A stretch of 64,000 nucleotides of DNA from the human T2T-CHM13v2.0 reference genome, Homo sapiens. Shown piece by piece: positions 45,857 through 62,470 of this stretch. The stretch lies in the NCBI RefSeq assembly GCF_009914755.1, contig NC_060926.1; one strand, written 5' to 3'. The notes under the pieces are model-generated. The model worked only from the letters and a program-made list of their open reading frames with translations. It had not been told where the DNA came from and did not search any database. A program made the translations under genes and the position numbers. The number at the start of each line of letters is the position of its first letter. The first letter of the stretch is position 1.

Positions 45857-48800
45857 AGGCTCCTCCTCTGCACAGGGGTCATTCCTGGGTCCCTGCCCTG
45901 GCCTGTAGGTCCACTTTTTTTTTTTTTTTTTTTTTTTTGCGCATTCAGGGTTTGTAGCCACTGCGCTTGCCCTGGGACCTTGGCTGCCCGGCATGGATCT
46001 GCACGCAGGTGCTTGCTGGGTTCCGACAGCCCTTGCCCTGACCGTGACCCCACTCCTCCGCTCATCCTGTTGCTTTGTTACCTGGTTGGTGGATTTTGTC
46101 AGGTTGTCTGTTGTGAGCAAGGCTTGGGGGTGATTCCTGAGCCCTTTCTAACACGTGTTGGGTGTCTTCCACTCAGCTACATGGAACAGGTCCCTGAAAA
46201 GTGGCTGAATGAGCTCAGCGGGGCCAGGCTCCCCTGCAAGCTGGCTGGGCCGTCATTTACCAGGGGTTATCATCTCATTAAGCTGCAGCCTTGGTTTGCT
46301 GATGGAGGCATAATGTGATTTAATGTATTAACTGGAGCTACAATCTAATTTGAGGAGGTATAGAAAACCTGGCAAATGTGTCATCGGGAACTCTCATTTC
46401 CAGAGACCTTCCTATGGGTGTAGGGGAGGGAGAGAGAAGGCAGAACAGAGAAGAGAAGAATCTGGAACGTGCTGGACTCGGCTATAAAACATGGGTTTTT
46501 AAAAGCCTCACGTCAGATTTCCTCACCTAAATAAGAAATGCTCGGTTGATTTAAGAGGGAAGGGGACACGCCTATTCCACCCCACCCTGTATGGCTTCAG
46601 GGTCTGAGTGCCATCTTGGGCAGGGGAAAGGTGTCCTCGGGGAAGATGCCAGAGGATGGGGCCACAGCCTTCCCAGCATCTGAGGTCACTGGGCCCCAGA
46701 GAACCAGACTTCACTTCCATACCAGCTGGGATGCCTCCGTCCCTCTGCCCTAAAGCTTCCAGGTTTGTAAATACTGACCATGGTAGCCTCAGGTCACCTC
46801 AGCTTTGGTTACCCGAGGCTGTCACTGCGGACCCTGCCCTGCCCTGCCGACCCCATGCTGGGCAATCATGGGCCCTCCCCCAGCCCAAGGAGCTGCTCAG
46901 AGGACGGGGCTCCAGGCCCCAGGGAGTGGGGCTGCAGCCCAGCGTGGTAGTTGGGGGACGCAAGACAAATGTCTGCAGTGCCTGCTGTGGTACGGCGGCT
47001 CAGCATGGCCAGCGCCAGGCATGACGCTCTGGGTCCACACGACGTTGGGCAGGGTGCACCAACACTTTGGGGTCCTTCCCAGCCTGCTGCATTTCCCTCC
47101 TGCTGCCTTCTTTGTGTCTCCTGCTAAAAGAGTCAAGTCAGGAAATTCTTCAGAACTCAGCAGCAACATGGGAACAGCTGCTTGTATTTTGAATTTCAGC
47201 AGGAACTGAGAGGGAGGCTTCTTCTGAAATCACGAGGGCTGTCTGGGCCAAGGGCAGGGTGTCCTCCTGGATTTCTGCTGAGCTCGACCCCCACGAGGTC
47301 TCGGGATGGGCTGTTCACAGAGCCCTGCCCGCCGCCTGCCCCTGCCCGGAGGCCTGGCCCTGGAGCCCACCCACCTCCCTGAGGCCTGTCGTGAGCATCA
47401 GGAGCTCCCAGTACAGCATCTGGGGCTGCCTCGGTGCCCTCGTGGGTTTGTTCATGGCGGTGTCCGCCCTGGAACTTGCCACATGCCCACGAGCACTGGG
47501 ACCCCTCTGTGCTCTCCCTGGTGGCTGTGGTGCTGTCATCTCTGTGTGTGCTGGTGGAATAGCGTGGGCTCCACGGAAAGGCCCTCAGGCGTGGACAGGA
47601 CAGATGGCAGTGCCCAGCACAGCCAGGTCTCAGAGGATCCAAAGGCGAGCATTGCCCAGGCCGAGGCCGCCCTCCCTGCCTACTGACCTCCCTGCCCACC
47701 GCCACACCATCGCTCCTGCCGTGCCCCTCTCTGTGTGTCTGCACCAGGCGTGAAGCCAGTTCTTGTGAGGAAAGCCCTGGCTAGATGTCTGTTCCCCCAC
47801 CCTCTGCCCCCCCTGGGTGGGAGAATCTTTCCAGGCATCTCCAGAGCACACCCCAGGGGCACGGAAACCCGGCTGCTGACCCCTGACCTCCTGGGGCCTT
47901 CAGCACTAATGGCCAGCCCCGCGGGAGGCAGAGGAGCAGGAAGAGCCCCTGGGAGCCGGGTCCTCGAAGACTCCAGGCTATGGCTTACAGAGGAGAAGGG
48001 GGCAGAGGAGGAGAGAAGGAGGTGGCTGTGCCAGGAAAGACATGCAGCTCGCGCAGTGACACCGGTCTGGCTCCCCTGAGGACGCCACTCCTGTGGCCTG
48101 CGCAGGCATCAGCCGGGGTGCCGGGTCCCCATGGGGACGAGCTGTAGACACAGCTGTCCAGGGCTGGGCAGAGTGGGGCAGTGGCTGGGGATATGCCGGC
48201 CCTGCCCAGGCCGCCCCACGGGGGTGTCGTTCCACCTTCCTGTAGTCTCCTTGGCGCGCGTGACCGTGGTTGTGCAGGGAGCGCCTTCTGCTGGTTTTCA
48301 GCACTGGAGAAATAAACCAGGGGTCAGAGTCCTTGGCAGCCGCCCCTGGAATGTGTTCAGGTCAGGGGTTACCTCACTTAACGTGCGCGCCATGGTGGGT
48401 TCTGATGAGGATCCCCAGAGGATCTGATGACACCTGCCTGCTGGGCTGGGGGGCTCTGGAATGGGGAGGAGGAGCCCCATTTCCCTTCTCAGAAAGCTCC
48501 AGGAGAAATGCATCTGTGAGGACCCACAGAGAGGAGCCCTCGTGTTGGGGGAGCTTGGAGGCTGGGGCTGGAGCGGGCGACTGCTGGCCTCACCCCTCCA
48601 CACCCAGGGACCACCTTGTCATCCTCAGCACATCTTTTTCGGAAGTCTTCTGGCCCTGGGGGAAGGCACAGATGGAGAGACCTTCCCCAGACCCTGTGGT
48701 GACTTAGCGCGGAGCGTGGCACTGAGCCCACCATGGCGTCTTTCCCATCAGGTGATTAACTGCCTGGTTTCACATCCTCCTGAGTATGGGGATGAAATCA

Positions 48801-49648
48801 GGCCTGTGCGTCAACGCGAAAGGTCAGACATGCGGTGACGCTAACCAGATCCCGGCAGTGAGTGAAAGGGTGGGCAGGTGGAACACGTCTGGTGGCGGGG
48901 GCTCGTCGTAGCTCAGCATCCACCCCCGCCTCCCCTGTGGACACTCGACTACAGCAGCCACGCCCCCAGAAAGCCCTAGAACCATCCAGGCTGTGCAGAC
49001 GGGACTTGGCTGTCCTGGGACACAGGCCAGTTTGTGCACACAGGGCTTCACTGAGCCCCGAAGGCGGCCTCCTGGGCTGCCCATGGGGAAGGGGTGGGGG
49101 TGGGGTGGGGGAGAGAGGATGAAGATGTGCCCTTGTGTGTGACACCTCTGGCTGTGGGTCCTGTGTGGGGAGGGCAGTGGGTAGAGGACAGAGCAGATGT
49201 CCCCTCCTAATGCTGACCTTCACTCCAGCCCCCAGGCTGGGCCATGGCATCTCCCAGGATCTATCCATTCATCACTCAGATGGTAGACATCTCCCAGGCA
49301 CAGGCAGGGCCAGCAGCATTCTCAGTCCCCTGTGGGAGGGCCTCCAGGGAGCAGTGGCACCTCACAGCCTTCCCTGTGCATAGTTCGAGGACACCGAGTA
49401 TCTTGCGGGACCTAAGCACAGGGTGCCCTTTGGGATGCGTCTTGGGACAGGCCTTGGGTCTGAGTCCACTCTTGTTTCAGCTTCTTGTCTCAATCAAAAA
49501 ATGGAGAATGCACTTTCTGAAAAAGAGACTGAGTTTACCCTCACTGCCCAGGCAGTGGAGGCCGCCTCACTCTAGGGCAGGCCACACTGGCACGCTGTGG
49601 TTCCCTACTCCTGCTCGAGTTAAAGCCATTTCCTGGTTTTTGCTATTA

Positions 49649-49925
<277 letters not shown>

Positions 49926-50020
49926 ACAACACTATAAGAACTTGTGTACATATATCCTTTGTTTTTTTAAAAAAGATTTTGTTGTTAGACATTCCTGGGA
50001 GAAATAATTCATACAAGTAG

Positions 50021-50352
<332 letters not shown>

Positions 50353-50753
50353 CATTCTGTGGTTCTTGATAGATTTTTGCCAGTTGTTCCTCTAAAGAAT
50401 TTTACTAATTTATAATTCTATCAGCAACATATGAAAATGCCTAGTTCCTCATAGGCTCGTGAGTATTGAGTTTGTAGGGATTTTATTTTTGCAGGTCAAA
50501 GGAGATTTCCTCTGTAGTTTTAGTTTGCATGTCTTTGGCAATTAGGAAAGTTGAACTGGTCTCTGACAGTTATTTGGAATTTGTTTTTTCTCAAGTGCAA
50601 GTTACGTCACCATGACCTTTCCTATTTGTCCTGTGAGTCATTGCCCTTTTTTCCTTTTTTTAAGACTTTATTTTTTAGAGCAGTTTTAGGTTCACAGCAA
50701 AATTGAGAGGAAGGTACAGAGATTTCCCATATGCCCATTGGAGGTATTTTTAA

Positions 50754-51066
<313 letters not shown>

Positions 51067-51704
51067 ATAGATTCTTGAAGAATATATATATTAACTATTT
51101 GCCATTGTGCTCTAAATATTTTCTTGTTTCGTTTGTGTGTCTTTTGATGTTCATTTTCCACACTGTCGCTCATTAGCTAATCTGTGAACACATGGATGCT
51201 CCCATTCACCCCTCATCAGTCAGTGACCGTGTGACCTCCGCACAGCTGTAACTGTCCACAGACTCTGTCGTCTCAATTGTGAGAGTCATATGCCCACAAG
51301 ATTATGTTCTGTGTCTTTGTAGTTGTTCTGTGTTTTGAAATGATATGTATCTTCTTAACACAGTGGATGGACAGAAATGTATTTCCTTCCCACCTCAATT
51401 ATCCTAACAGAATTTGTTAAATAATGTCGCCAACCTCCATTGTTTTGTGTTGCTTAATTTAACACATAATAGCTTCCTATGTGCATTAGAGTCTATTTGA
51501 AATAATTTTTACTTATATTCTGGGGTCGTACCACGCCATTTAAATTACCACAACTTTACAATATTTCCTACAATTTAGAAGGCCTCTCCTACCATGTTTC
51601 ATTTTCATTATATTTTACATTATGTTTTGCATGCTTTGATATATTTTCTGCCTATTTTTCCAAAAGAACTTAAGAATCATGTTGCTAAATTCCATAAAAA
51701 GTCA

Positions 51705-51904
51705 TTGCAGCCCCGACCTCCTGGGCTCAAGCAATCCTCCCACCTCAGCCTCCCAAATAGCTGGAACTACAGGCATGTGCCACCACACCCAGCTAATTTT
51801 TATTTTTTTGTAGAGATGAGGTCTCCCTATGTTACCCAGGCAGGTCTTGAATTCTGGGCTAACGCAATCCTCCTGCCTGAGCCTCCCAAAGTGCTGGGAT
51901 TACA
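51705..51904 (-). mobile_element. Partial AluJ-type element
   Basis: Reverse Alu lacking both ends. Confidence 0.85.
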
Positions 51905-52206
51905 GTTTGATGGGTTGTTACCTGATACTGCTTTTTAGCGAATAGTAGGAAAACTACCATGGACCTTGGGGACCAAGCATGCAGTGCCAAGTGGGGCCCG
52001 CCTGCAGAAACCCCGCCGGCTGCGTCCCTCCTTCAGCGCTGTGAGCCTCTGCGGCCTCCCCAGTAAAATGGGTATAGAAAGTGATGAATAAGGAAGCTCC
52101 GGATTTTCCTCTTTGTGTTTCCTTAATCAGGTTTTAGGGTTAGGACCACGTTTGCCTAATGGGATAGACATGCTAGCCCACCATTAGAATCAAGGGTGGG
52201 AAATAA

Positions 52207-52546
<340 letters not shown>

Positions 52547-53007
52547 TGAATGAATTCATCACTAAGACCATCAAACCTCAGTAATTTGGGGGATTTCCTT
52601 CTCCAGTTACTTCCTCCACTATTGATTTATTTTGACTTTCTAGCTCTTGTTTTAACGGTTATCTTCATCTGTGTTTATTTGGTCTATGTCCTTCAGATTT
52701 CTCAGTTAACTGAAACATGCTGCATAGTATTCCTTTACGTGTTTAATATCCCTTAGACTCAAGCTTATGCCTCCACTTTTGTTTTTGCTGTGTTTCTTCT
52801 TTCCCCTTTTTTTCTTTGTTTAGATGCTATTTCATTCATCAAAAGGAACTGAGAGGCCACTGTTTAATGAACCACACATGCCCAGTTTTGTAGTCTTTAG
52901 AAAATAGGCCACACTTTGCATCACCGTGTCTTTTCTCAGTTTTTTTGCTTTAACTTTTACCACTCACTTCCCCCCTTTTCCCTTTCTTAAAATTGTTTCT
53001 TTCCTAA

Positions 53008-53450
<443 letters not shown>

Positions 53451-54247
53451 CATTGTATTTTCTTAACAGACAGATATTGTCTTCTTGACTTTCTTCTCAA
53501 GACAATTTTTTCCTTAGGTAAGTATATTTTAAAATATACTATTTCTATTTCTGTTTGTTCTTAATCTCTTTTTTTGCCGTAGGGAGGAAATGTAGCCTGA
53601 ATCATTTCTGCTTTTGTATTTTTATGGAGATTTGATTTGAGACTAGTATATGATGACTTTTTGTGAACATACAATGAATACTTGAAAAAGAAGAAATTAT
53701 CTGTTTGTTCTATTTAATCCCCACCAAAACAACCATTAATGTTACCTTGTTTTGATCTTCAGCTCCTTTATGTGTTGCTGAATTTCTTATGTAGTTGATA
53801 ATGAAGTATTTTAATTTTATAATCATATTTTTATCATTTCTACTTCTTTTTTCTCAGAGATATTTGCATATATGTTTTGCTCTGTCTTTATGGCATTTAG
53901 ATTCCATGTAATTATGCTGCCACCACCCATGCCTCTCATCCTGATACCTCTCCTTATCACATGTAATCATTTTTGCTCTAAATTATTTTTTGCTATATAT
54001 TAACATTGGAATCCCAGCCTTTCAACTACTTGAAGTTTACTGGTAACTCTTTTTAGTCTTCCTATTTTGTTTTAATGACCTCTCTTGCCCACAGCTTATT
54101 GCTGGATTTCATTTTTTCTTCTGGAGAGTGGCAAGCCTTTTAACACAGGAAATTAAGTTGTATTTTTTCAATCTTCAGGCACTCCAATTTTTGTCTTAAT
54201 TGTTTATCTTTCCATGCTGATTACTTTTCTTTTCCCTCAATTGTTGA

Positions 54248-54627
<380 letters not shown>

Positions 54628-54736
54628 TGAAGCAAACAGATGTTCTTATCTTGTATTTATTATCTTACATTGTCCAACCACACACTTTGGCCTCCCCTGT
54701 GTGAGATGACAGGAATCTGGGTTTTGGGCTTCCTCT

Positions 54737-54760
<24 letters not shown>
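54737..54760. repeat. (TC)12 microsatellite
   Basis: Direct inspection. Confidence 0.93.
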
Positions 54761-54767
<7 letters not shown>

Positions 54768-55659
54768 TCCTTCTCTCCCTCCCCCACTTCTTCCTTCTCC
54801 TCAATGATTGCAATTAATGTTCTAAAACCTACTTTTTCCTTTCTGTCTTCTATGTAATTTGGTTTTTAATTTTTACGCTGTTTTTCTGACAGTTGCACTA
54901 TTTGCATACTTTTATCAGTAATAACCCTTGCTCTGATAGGGCTCTTGTTTACTTATCTTTGCAAATAGGTTGTTAATTCAAGCGTGTCTTATTTCTAGCA
55001 TCATTCCCTTTTACATGTTACCTTTTAAATTCAGGAGATTATTTCAAGTAGGTCCTAGAAATAAGCCATGTGATTAATACATTCTCAGAATTCAACAATT
55101 TCTAAGGAGCTCTCTGCCGTCTTTGCAACGTGAGTGACAGCTTGGCAAGATAATAAATCTCCAAGGAGCAACCTTGTTCTGTGAAGTTCCTGTAGCTGTT
55201 GTTCCATTGTCTCTGGGTGTTTGGGATGTCATCAGAGAAGGCAGAAGGGATTGTGATTTATGTATATTTTTAAAATCTGACCTCCTCCTTCCTGGCGTGG
55301 TTGCTTGCAGTATTCTTTTTGGTTTAAACATTTTGTGAGAACTTGTTTTGCTGATGGCCTCGTTAAGCCTGCAGAAGCTTTGGTGTGCAGTGCAGTTTCC
55401 TCCTCGGACTCCTTTCTCCAGGACCGGACACTGACATTCCCCGATAGCTGAGGTTTCCGGACATGGTTCCTCCGGCACCCTCCTCTGTCCCCTCTGTGCT
55501 CCAGTGGAATTATTTTTGCCTTCTTTCACTTCTTTGTCATATCTTGCACTGTTTCCACCTGTACATGTTACATCCTTTTTCCAGATACATTTTTCCAGAT
55601 AATCTGTTTTTACTTCCTGTAATACAAATTCTGCTTTTTACTCTTTCTAAAGTAGTTTC

Positions 55660-55968
55660 GGCCGGGTATGGTGGCTCACACCTGTAATCCCAGCACTTTG
55701 GGAGGCCAAGGCAGGTGGATCACTTGAGGTCAGGAGTTCGAGACCAGTGTGAGCAACATGGCGAAACCCTGTCTCTACTAAAAATACAAAAATCAGTTGG
55801 GCGTGGTGGCACGCACCTGCAGTCCCAGCTACTCGGAGGCTGAGGAAAGAGAATTGCTCTCGAACCCAGGAGGTGGAGGTTGCAGTGAGCCAAGATTGTG
55901 CCACTGCACTCCAGCCTGGGCAACAAGCACAAAACTTTGTCTCAAAAAAATAAGTAAAAATAAAAATA
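55660..55968 (+). mobile_element. AluS-type element (left member of inverted pair)
   Basis: Alu dimer with A-rich tail. Confidence 0.95.
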
Positions 55969-55969
55969 C

Positions 55970-56292
<323 letters not shown>

Positions 56293-58652
56293 TAGGATAT
56301 TGTAATTGAAACTAATTATACTGCAGTGAATTAAAGTTTCCTTTATCCCCAAGCCTAATGGACACATTAACTCACCTCTTTACAGGGAGGCCAGATTTCT
56401 GCCATTGTGGGAAGGAGGCAGGAGGAGCCGGGGGCAGTGCTGGGGTGGGAGCTAGGCCAGGGCGAGGCTGGCTGTGGAAGGGCCCTTTGGGCAGCCGCAG
56501 GCCATACGTCCTCAGACCTGGGGCAGCCAGGACCACCAGGGAATGTTGCTGACAGGCAGCACCAGCGCCTGAATCCCCCGCCCCAGATGGACCTGGCTAG
56601 GGGGTGAGACCCCCCTGCCACCCCTCCATCCCAGAAGCCAGGCGGGGCTGAGGCTCTATGGGTCCCCACCACACTTATTTATTGGCACCTTCATCCTCCT
56701 GGTGCACTGTGGCAGTTCCAAGGCCCAGGCTGTCCAGGTGGCTTTTGAAGTGTGGAGAGGCCCCTGGACGGCTGGAACCTTCTCCCTTGCTCGGGTGAAT
56801 GTGGCTCCCCGTGGTGCACAAACACGTTCAAAGACGGAACAGAGGGACACGTGTTCATAGGAGGTGAGACAAAGCGTTGCCAGCCCTGGGGAACAGGAGT
56901 GGCCTGTTCCTACTCCTATCTGGTTGTGGTTCTCCTTCGACAAGTTAGGTGAAGGCACCTTGGTAGCAGGGTACCCTTCAGAATCCAGATACCTGATTCA
57001 GCTCAGCAGCCATTTGCTGAGCACTTAGCAGGCACCTAGCCAATGGTGCCAGCCACCAAGGGCCCAGCAGGGCAGGACCTCCCCCTCCCTCCTGGAGCCA
57101 CGGCCCCCCAGCACCATGGCCTCTGGAGCCCCTCACCCTCCCTTGAGGTCAGCCCTATGGTGGCGATTGTAGAGCGAGTCAGGAGCGAGACAGGAGGCCA
57201 CGTGTTGCCTGCCTGTGTGGGGCTCCCATCCAAAGGCAGGGCAGCGCGAGTCACATGCCCACCCCCTGCTGTGCAAAGGGGTCCTGTGGGGGGGTCATGG
57301 GCTCCCATCAGAGAATGGCATGGTGGTGGCCCTCTGAGGGAGTTCTCACCACGCTGCTGCTGTGAGCCAGGGATCACTGAACCCATTTTAAAGGTGAAAA
57401 CACCGAGGCTCCGTAACTGCCAACTCCTCAAAACCCCCACAGTGAACACCCCACGTTGGGATGTTTCCTGGCCTGGCCTTTCCCCACACTCAGTGTTGCC
57501 CTGAGCTCCAAACGAGGTGAGATTGGGGCAGGAGGGCAGGGGTGGCAAGGCTGCTACCCCGATGGAGGCGGCCAGTTGGTGGGATGCCCGAACAGGGACC
57601 AGCATGGTGCAGGGCGCCCCGTGGGTGGGCAGGATGGGTCGCTGAAGGCTCGTGAAGCCCGGCAGGGGTCCCTGAAGAGTCTAGTGGCATCGGGGGAGAG
57701 TTTCTTGTACAGAGAGGGTGAGTATGCTTTGGGCCGGCTGGCCTGGGGCTGAGACCAGGGGTGGATAGGAAGGCAGAGCCCGTCCAGCCTCCAGGCCAGC
57801 GTTGCTTCACAAGGACAATGCCCCCAGGGTGTTAGCATCCAAATATAGCTTGCCGGCTGTCATGCTTAATCCTGAGACTCGGACACATGTCACACCCATG
57901 TCCCCGTGAGGTGGGAACCCTGGGGCCTGGACAGGCCTGAGTGTGGTCTCAGCCCCATCACACACAGCTGGGCAGCTAGACCTGGGTGTCCCCACAGGGG
58001 TGCCAGGACACCTCCCAGGGGTTGTAGTGAGCCCTCAGCACCCGGCCCACAATGGGCACAGCTCAGCGATCTCCCAGCATTCCCTGATCCTCGGACCCTG
58101 GGACGCAATGCAACCCCTGCTCAGGCCCAGATGCAGCCAGCATAGGACAGTCTGTGACTTTGCCTGGGACACCCACTGCATTTTAAAACTGCACTTCATT
58201 TGGCAGCCCCAGGAGCCAGGGCGCTGCCCAGGCCTGTTCTCAGAGGAGGTATTATGCCCGTCCGCCCGCCTGCTGTGGCTGCTCTGTGGGGAGCCTGACT
58301 TGGCAGCTCCCAGGCTGTGTCTGGTGCCAGACCTGGCTGCACATGGAGCCAGGGATGGATTTAGAAACCTCTCGCTTCTCCCAGCATGGGCAGAGGCGCC
58401 CAGATTCCTCCCCGGCCTGGGGCCACCATAGCAGGAGAAGGGGAGGGAGGCAGAGGAAGCCAGGCCCAGGGAGGGCCAAGCAGCCCCCAGGCAGACCCCT
58501 GGACCGTTCCCCAGTCTGCACTGCCGCCTCAGGGACCTCCCCATCACCTCAGCAAGCGCCCTTTTCTGTAAGGAGGGGGTAAGAACACCTGCCCTCGGGT
58601 GATGTGAGAAGCACACTCACGCGGGGAAACAGGTCTTAGTATTTTCTTAGAC

Positions 58653-58955
58653 TTTGTTTTGTTTTGTTTTAAGGCAGGGTCTCACTCTGCCGCCTAGATT
58701 GGAATGCAGTTGCATGATCTTAGCTCACTGCAGACTTGACTTCCTGGACTCAAGCAACCCTCTTGACTCAGCCTCCCAAGTAGCCAGGACTATAGGCACA
58801 CACCACCACTCCTGGCTAACTTTTAAACTTTGTGTAGAGATGGGGGAGTCTCTCTGTGTTGCCCAGACTGGTCTGGAACTCCTGGGCTCAAGCGATCCTC
58901 CTGTTTTGGCCTCTCAAAGTGCTGGGGTTGCAGGCGTGAGCCACTGCACCCAGCC
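58653..58955 (-). mobile_element. AluJ-type element
   Basis: Reverse Alu; TSD TCTTAGACTTT. Confidence 0.92.
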
Positions 58956-59715
58956 TCTTAGACTTTTGGACAGCAGAGGGGCCAGGCCTTTAAATGTCCT
59001 GGGGGTGTGATGTGCTGTCCGTGGGGATGGTGGGGTCACCTGCCCCAGCCTCAGTGGGTCCCTCTTTTACATGCCTGCAGCTCACCGGATGCTCCCGTGT
59101 GGCACTCAGCTATCATGAGGTGTGCATCCGTCCAGGTGGACCCCAGAGCCCCGCATGCAACCACGGGCCCCGCCTGGGCCTCAGCCTCCATCCCAGGAAT
59201 GGGAGAACCAGCTTCACTTCAGGCCAGGAAAGAGGGAGACTGAAAGAGCAGATGACATGGGACAGGACAGAGCCTGAGGCCCAGACAGGCCATGAGCGAG
59301 GGGAGGTGAGAATAAGGCCACAGGTGGTCCCGTGTCTGCCTTCCCTGCTCAACGTGCAGAGAGGGCTGGCCATTTTCTCCGGCTTCATCAGCATGCTCTA
59401 CAGTCACTGCGAGTGTTGCAGGAGGAATTGTGGCCTCCTCCACAGCAGCGAGAACACTGAGCCCCGTTTCATCTGTCTTCCTCCTGTTTCCTTGAACCCT
59501 CCCAAGATTCTTTCTTTGGTGCGTTATTCATGTTGTTCCTTTTCCTGCAAGAGAGAGGCCTTTGTCCTCCTTGTTCAGCAAGCACCTAGTCAGTGGTAAA
59601 GTGCAATATTTAGCTGGTAACAAAGGTGTGGAATGGAATTGGCTTCCATGATTTGGCGAAGTATTTGCAAGAAGCCTATGGTGAGGCTTCTTGTTTACAG
59701 ATCCACGTGTCTTAG

Positions 59716-60108
<393 letters not shown>

Positions 60109-61074
60109 AGATGCTGTAATTCTTTGGAAAGGGATGGAGTTGGCATTTCCCCTTATGCTGTTGGGAAAATGGCTTTGCTAAGATGTCAGAAGTCCCTGTT
60201 AATACAACTTAAATAGATAAACCATAGTCAGAGCCTGGGGAAAATTCCTGTTTAACATATTCATTTGCATGCAGTGATGACACTTATTTCAAAGCATTCC
60301 TGTCTCAGCAATGCAGTAGGTCAAATGTGTAGGCATCCCTGGGCTGGCACAGGTACATAGGACTTCTAATGCTTGGCCTTTTCCCTAGTTTGATTGTACT
60401 CTCTGACCAGCCTGATTTAGGAAGGGTTTGATAGTACAATATCCGTCTTTCCCTCACGCGTGCTGCCAGTCCCAGGGGGATGGGAGCAGCCACTCACCCG
60501 TAGGAGTTCCAGGTGTGCACAGCTGGCTCAGAGCCTGCTGGCCCAGCACACATTTCCCAGGCCAGCACAGTGTGCTGAAGTGCTTTTCATCAAACAGTTA
60601 ACAAGACTTCCTTATACATTTCCCCAGTGTCAAGAAAAACAAAAGGTGCCCAGTTCTCTGCTGCCTCCAGCAGTGCTGGGCAGAAGTGAGACAGGAAGCC
60701 AGGCTCCCGAGCTCACACACGCAGACGTAGGTGGGAAGCTACACTGCGTGGGCTTTCACATCCCCAGGGCCCGGGCTGAGGCCTCTTAAAGACAAGCTGG
60801 CCCTGTGCTTGCTCCACACCTGACGCACGCCAGGCCAGGCCACAGCGTGGCTCTCTGTCAACAGAGGAAGTGGCGCAGTAAGTGGCCAGCCCCTCCCTGC
60901 TTTGGAAAGGTCCCGCTATTCACAGAATCCTGGGTGTGAGCCCTGACACCAAAGGCAGAAACCACAAGGGAGAAGCCAGCCCTGGCTGCCTAAATGCGAA
61001 ATAAGCCTGTTGCTGGCTGCCATGAAAATGCCACTGTGTTCCAGTCCTAAATGGGGTGCATGCTATTGGTTTGA

Positions 61075-61380
<306 letters not shown>

Positions 61381-61792
61381 GAGAGAGAGATTTTTATCAC
61401 ATGAAGAAAATAGCTTCTTTCTGTGTTTTCAAGGTTGTGGCTTTTTTAAAATCAGAAAAGAATATTGAGTTTTCTCAAATGCCTTCTCAATGCGTATTAA
61501 AATGACGGTACATTTTTTTCCCATGGTGTATTAAAGTGTGATTTTGTAGTAACAGGTTTAAAGCATTCCTGAAATTAGCCCTCCTTTAAATAAAATATGC
61601 TATGTGGCTAGATGAAGTTTGTTAGCATTGGGTAGGGGACTTGAGTGTCTATTTATAGGTGGAAGCGAAGGGCATCTGTTCCGTCCGTGTGCGCATGCGT
61701 TGAGACGCATGTCATGCCATCTCAAGAGGCTTGGGATCAGGGTTTGTTAACTTTTTTAAATGAACTGGGAAGCTGCACATCTTTTTCTTTCA

Positions 61793-61990
<198 letters not shown>

Positions 61991-62135
61991 TTAATAACAT
62001 TTGCCATTTTTCTTCTTGGAATTCCTCCTTTTTAAGTCGATATTTGATAGTTTATAATTTAACCAAAAAGTATCCCAATTCACTGAGGATTTTCCAATTT
62101 TTAACAAACCTTTTTTACGTATTAATCTCTTATAC

Positions 62136-62470
62136 TTCTTCTTTTTCTTTTCTGTTTTTTGTTTTTTGTTTATTTGTTTGTTTGTTTAGGACAGTGTCTG
62201 GCTCTGTCGCCCAGGCTGGAGTGCAGTGGCACGATCTCGACTCACTGCAACCTCTGCCTCCTGGGTTCACGGCATTCTCGTGCCTCAGCCACTCAAGTTA
62301 ACTGGGACTACAGGTGTGTGCCACCATGCCTGGCTAATTTTGATATTTTCAGCAGAGATGGGGTTTCGCCATGCTGCCCCGGCTGGTCTTGAACTCCTGA
62401 GCTCAAGTGATCTGCCCACCTCGGCCTCCCAAAGTGGTGGTATTACAGGCGTGAGCCACCGCACCTGGCC
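62136..62470 (-). mobile_element. Alu element
   Basis: Reverse Alu dimer. Confidence 0.93.

Noticed and set aside
60263-60270. Octamer motif ATTTGCAT (also seen elsewhere in the window)
   Set aside because: Isolated 8-mers are expected a few times in 64 kb; no snRNA gene or PSE context recognised.
61691-61711. NRF1-like GCGCATGCGT and 7-bp inverted repeat CATGCGT-TGAG-ACGCATG
   Set aside because: Too short to exceed chance without functional data.
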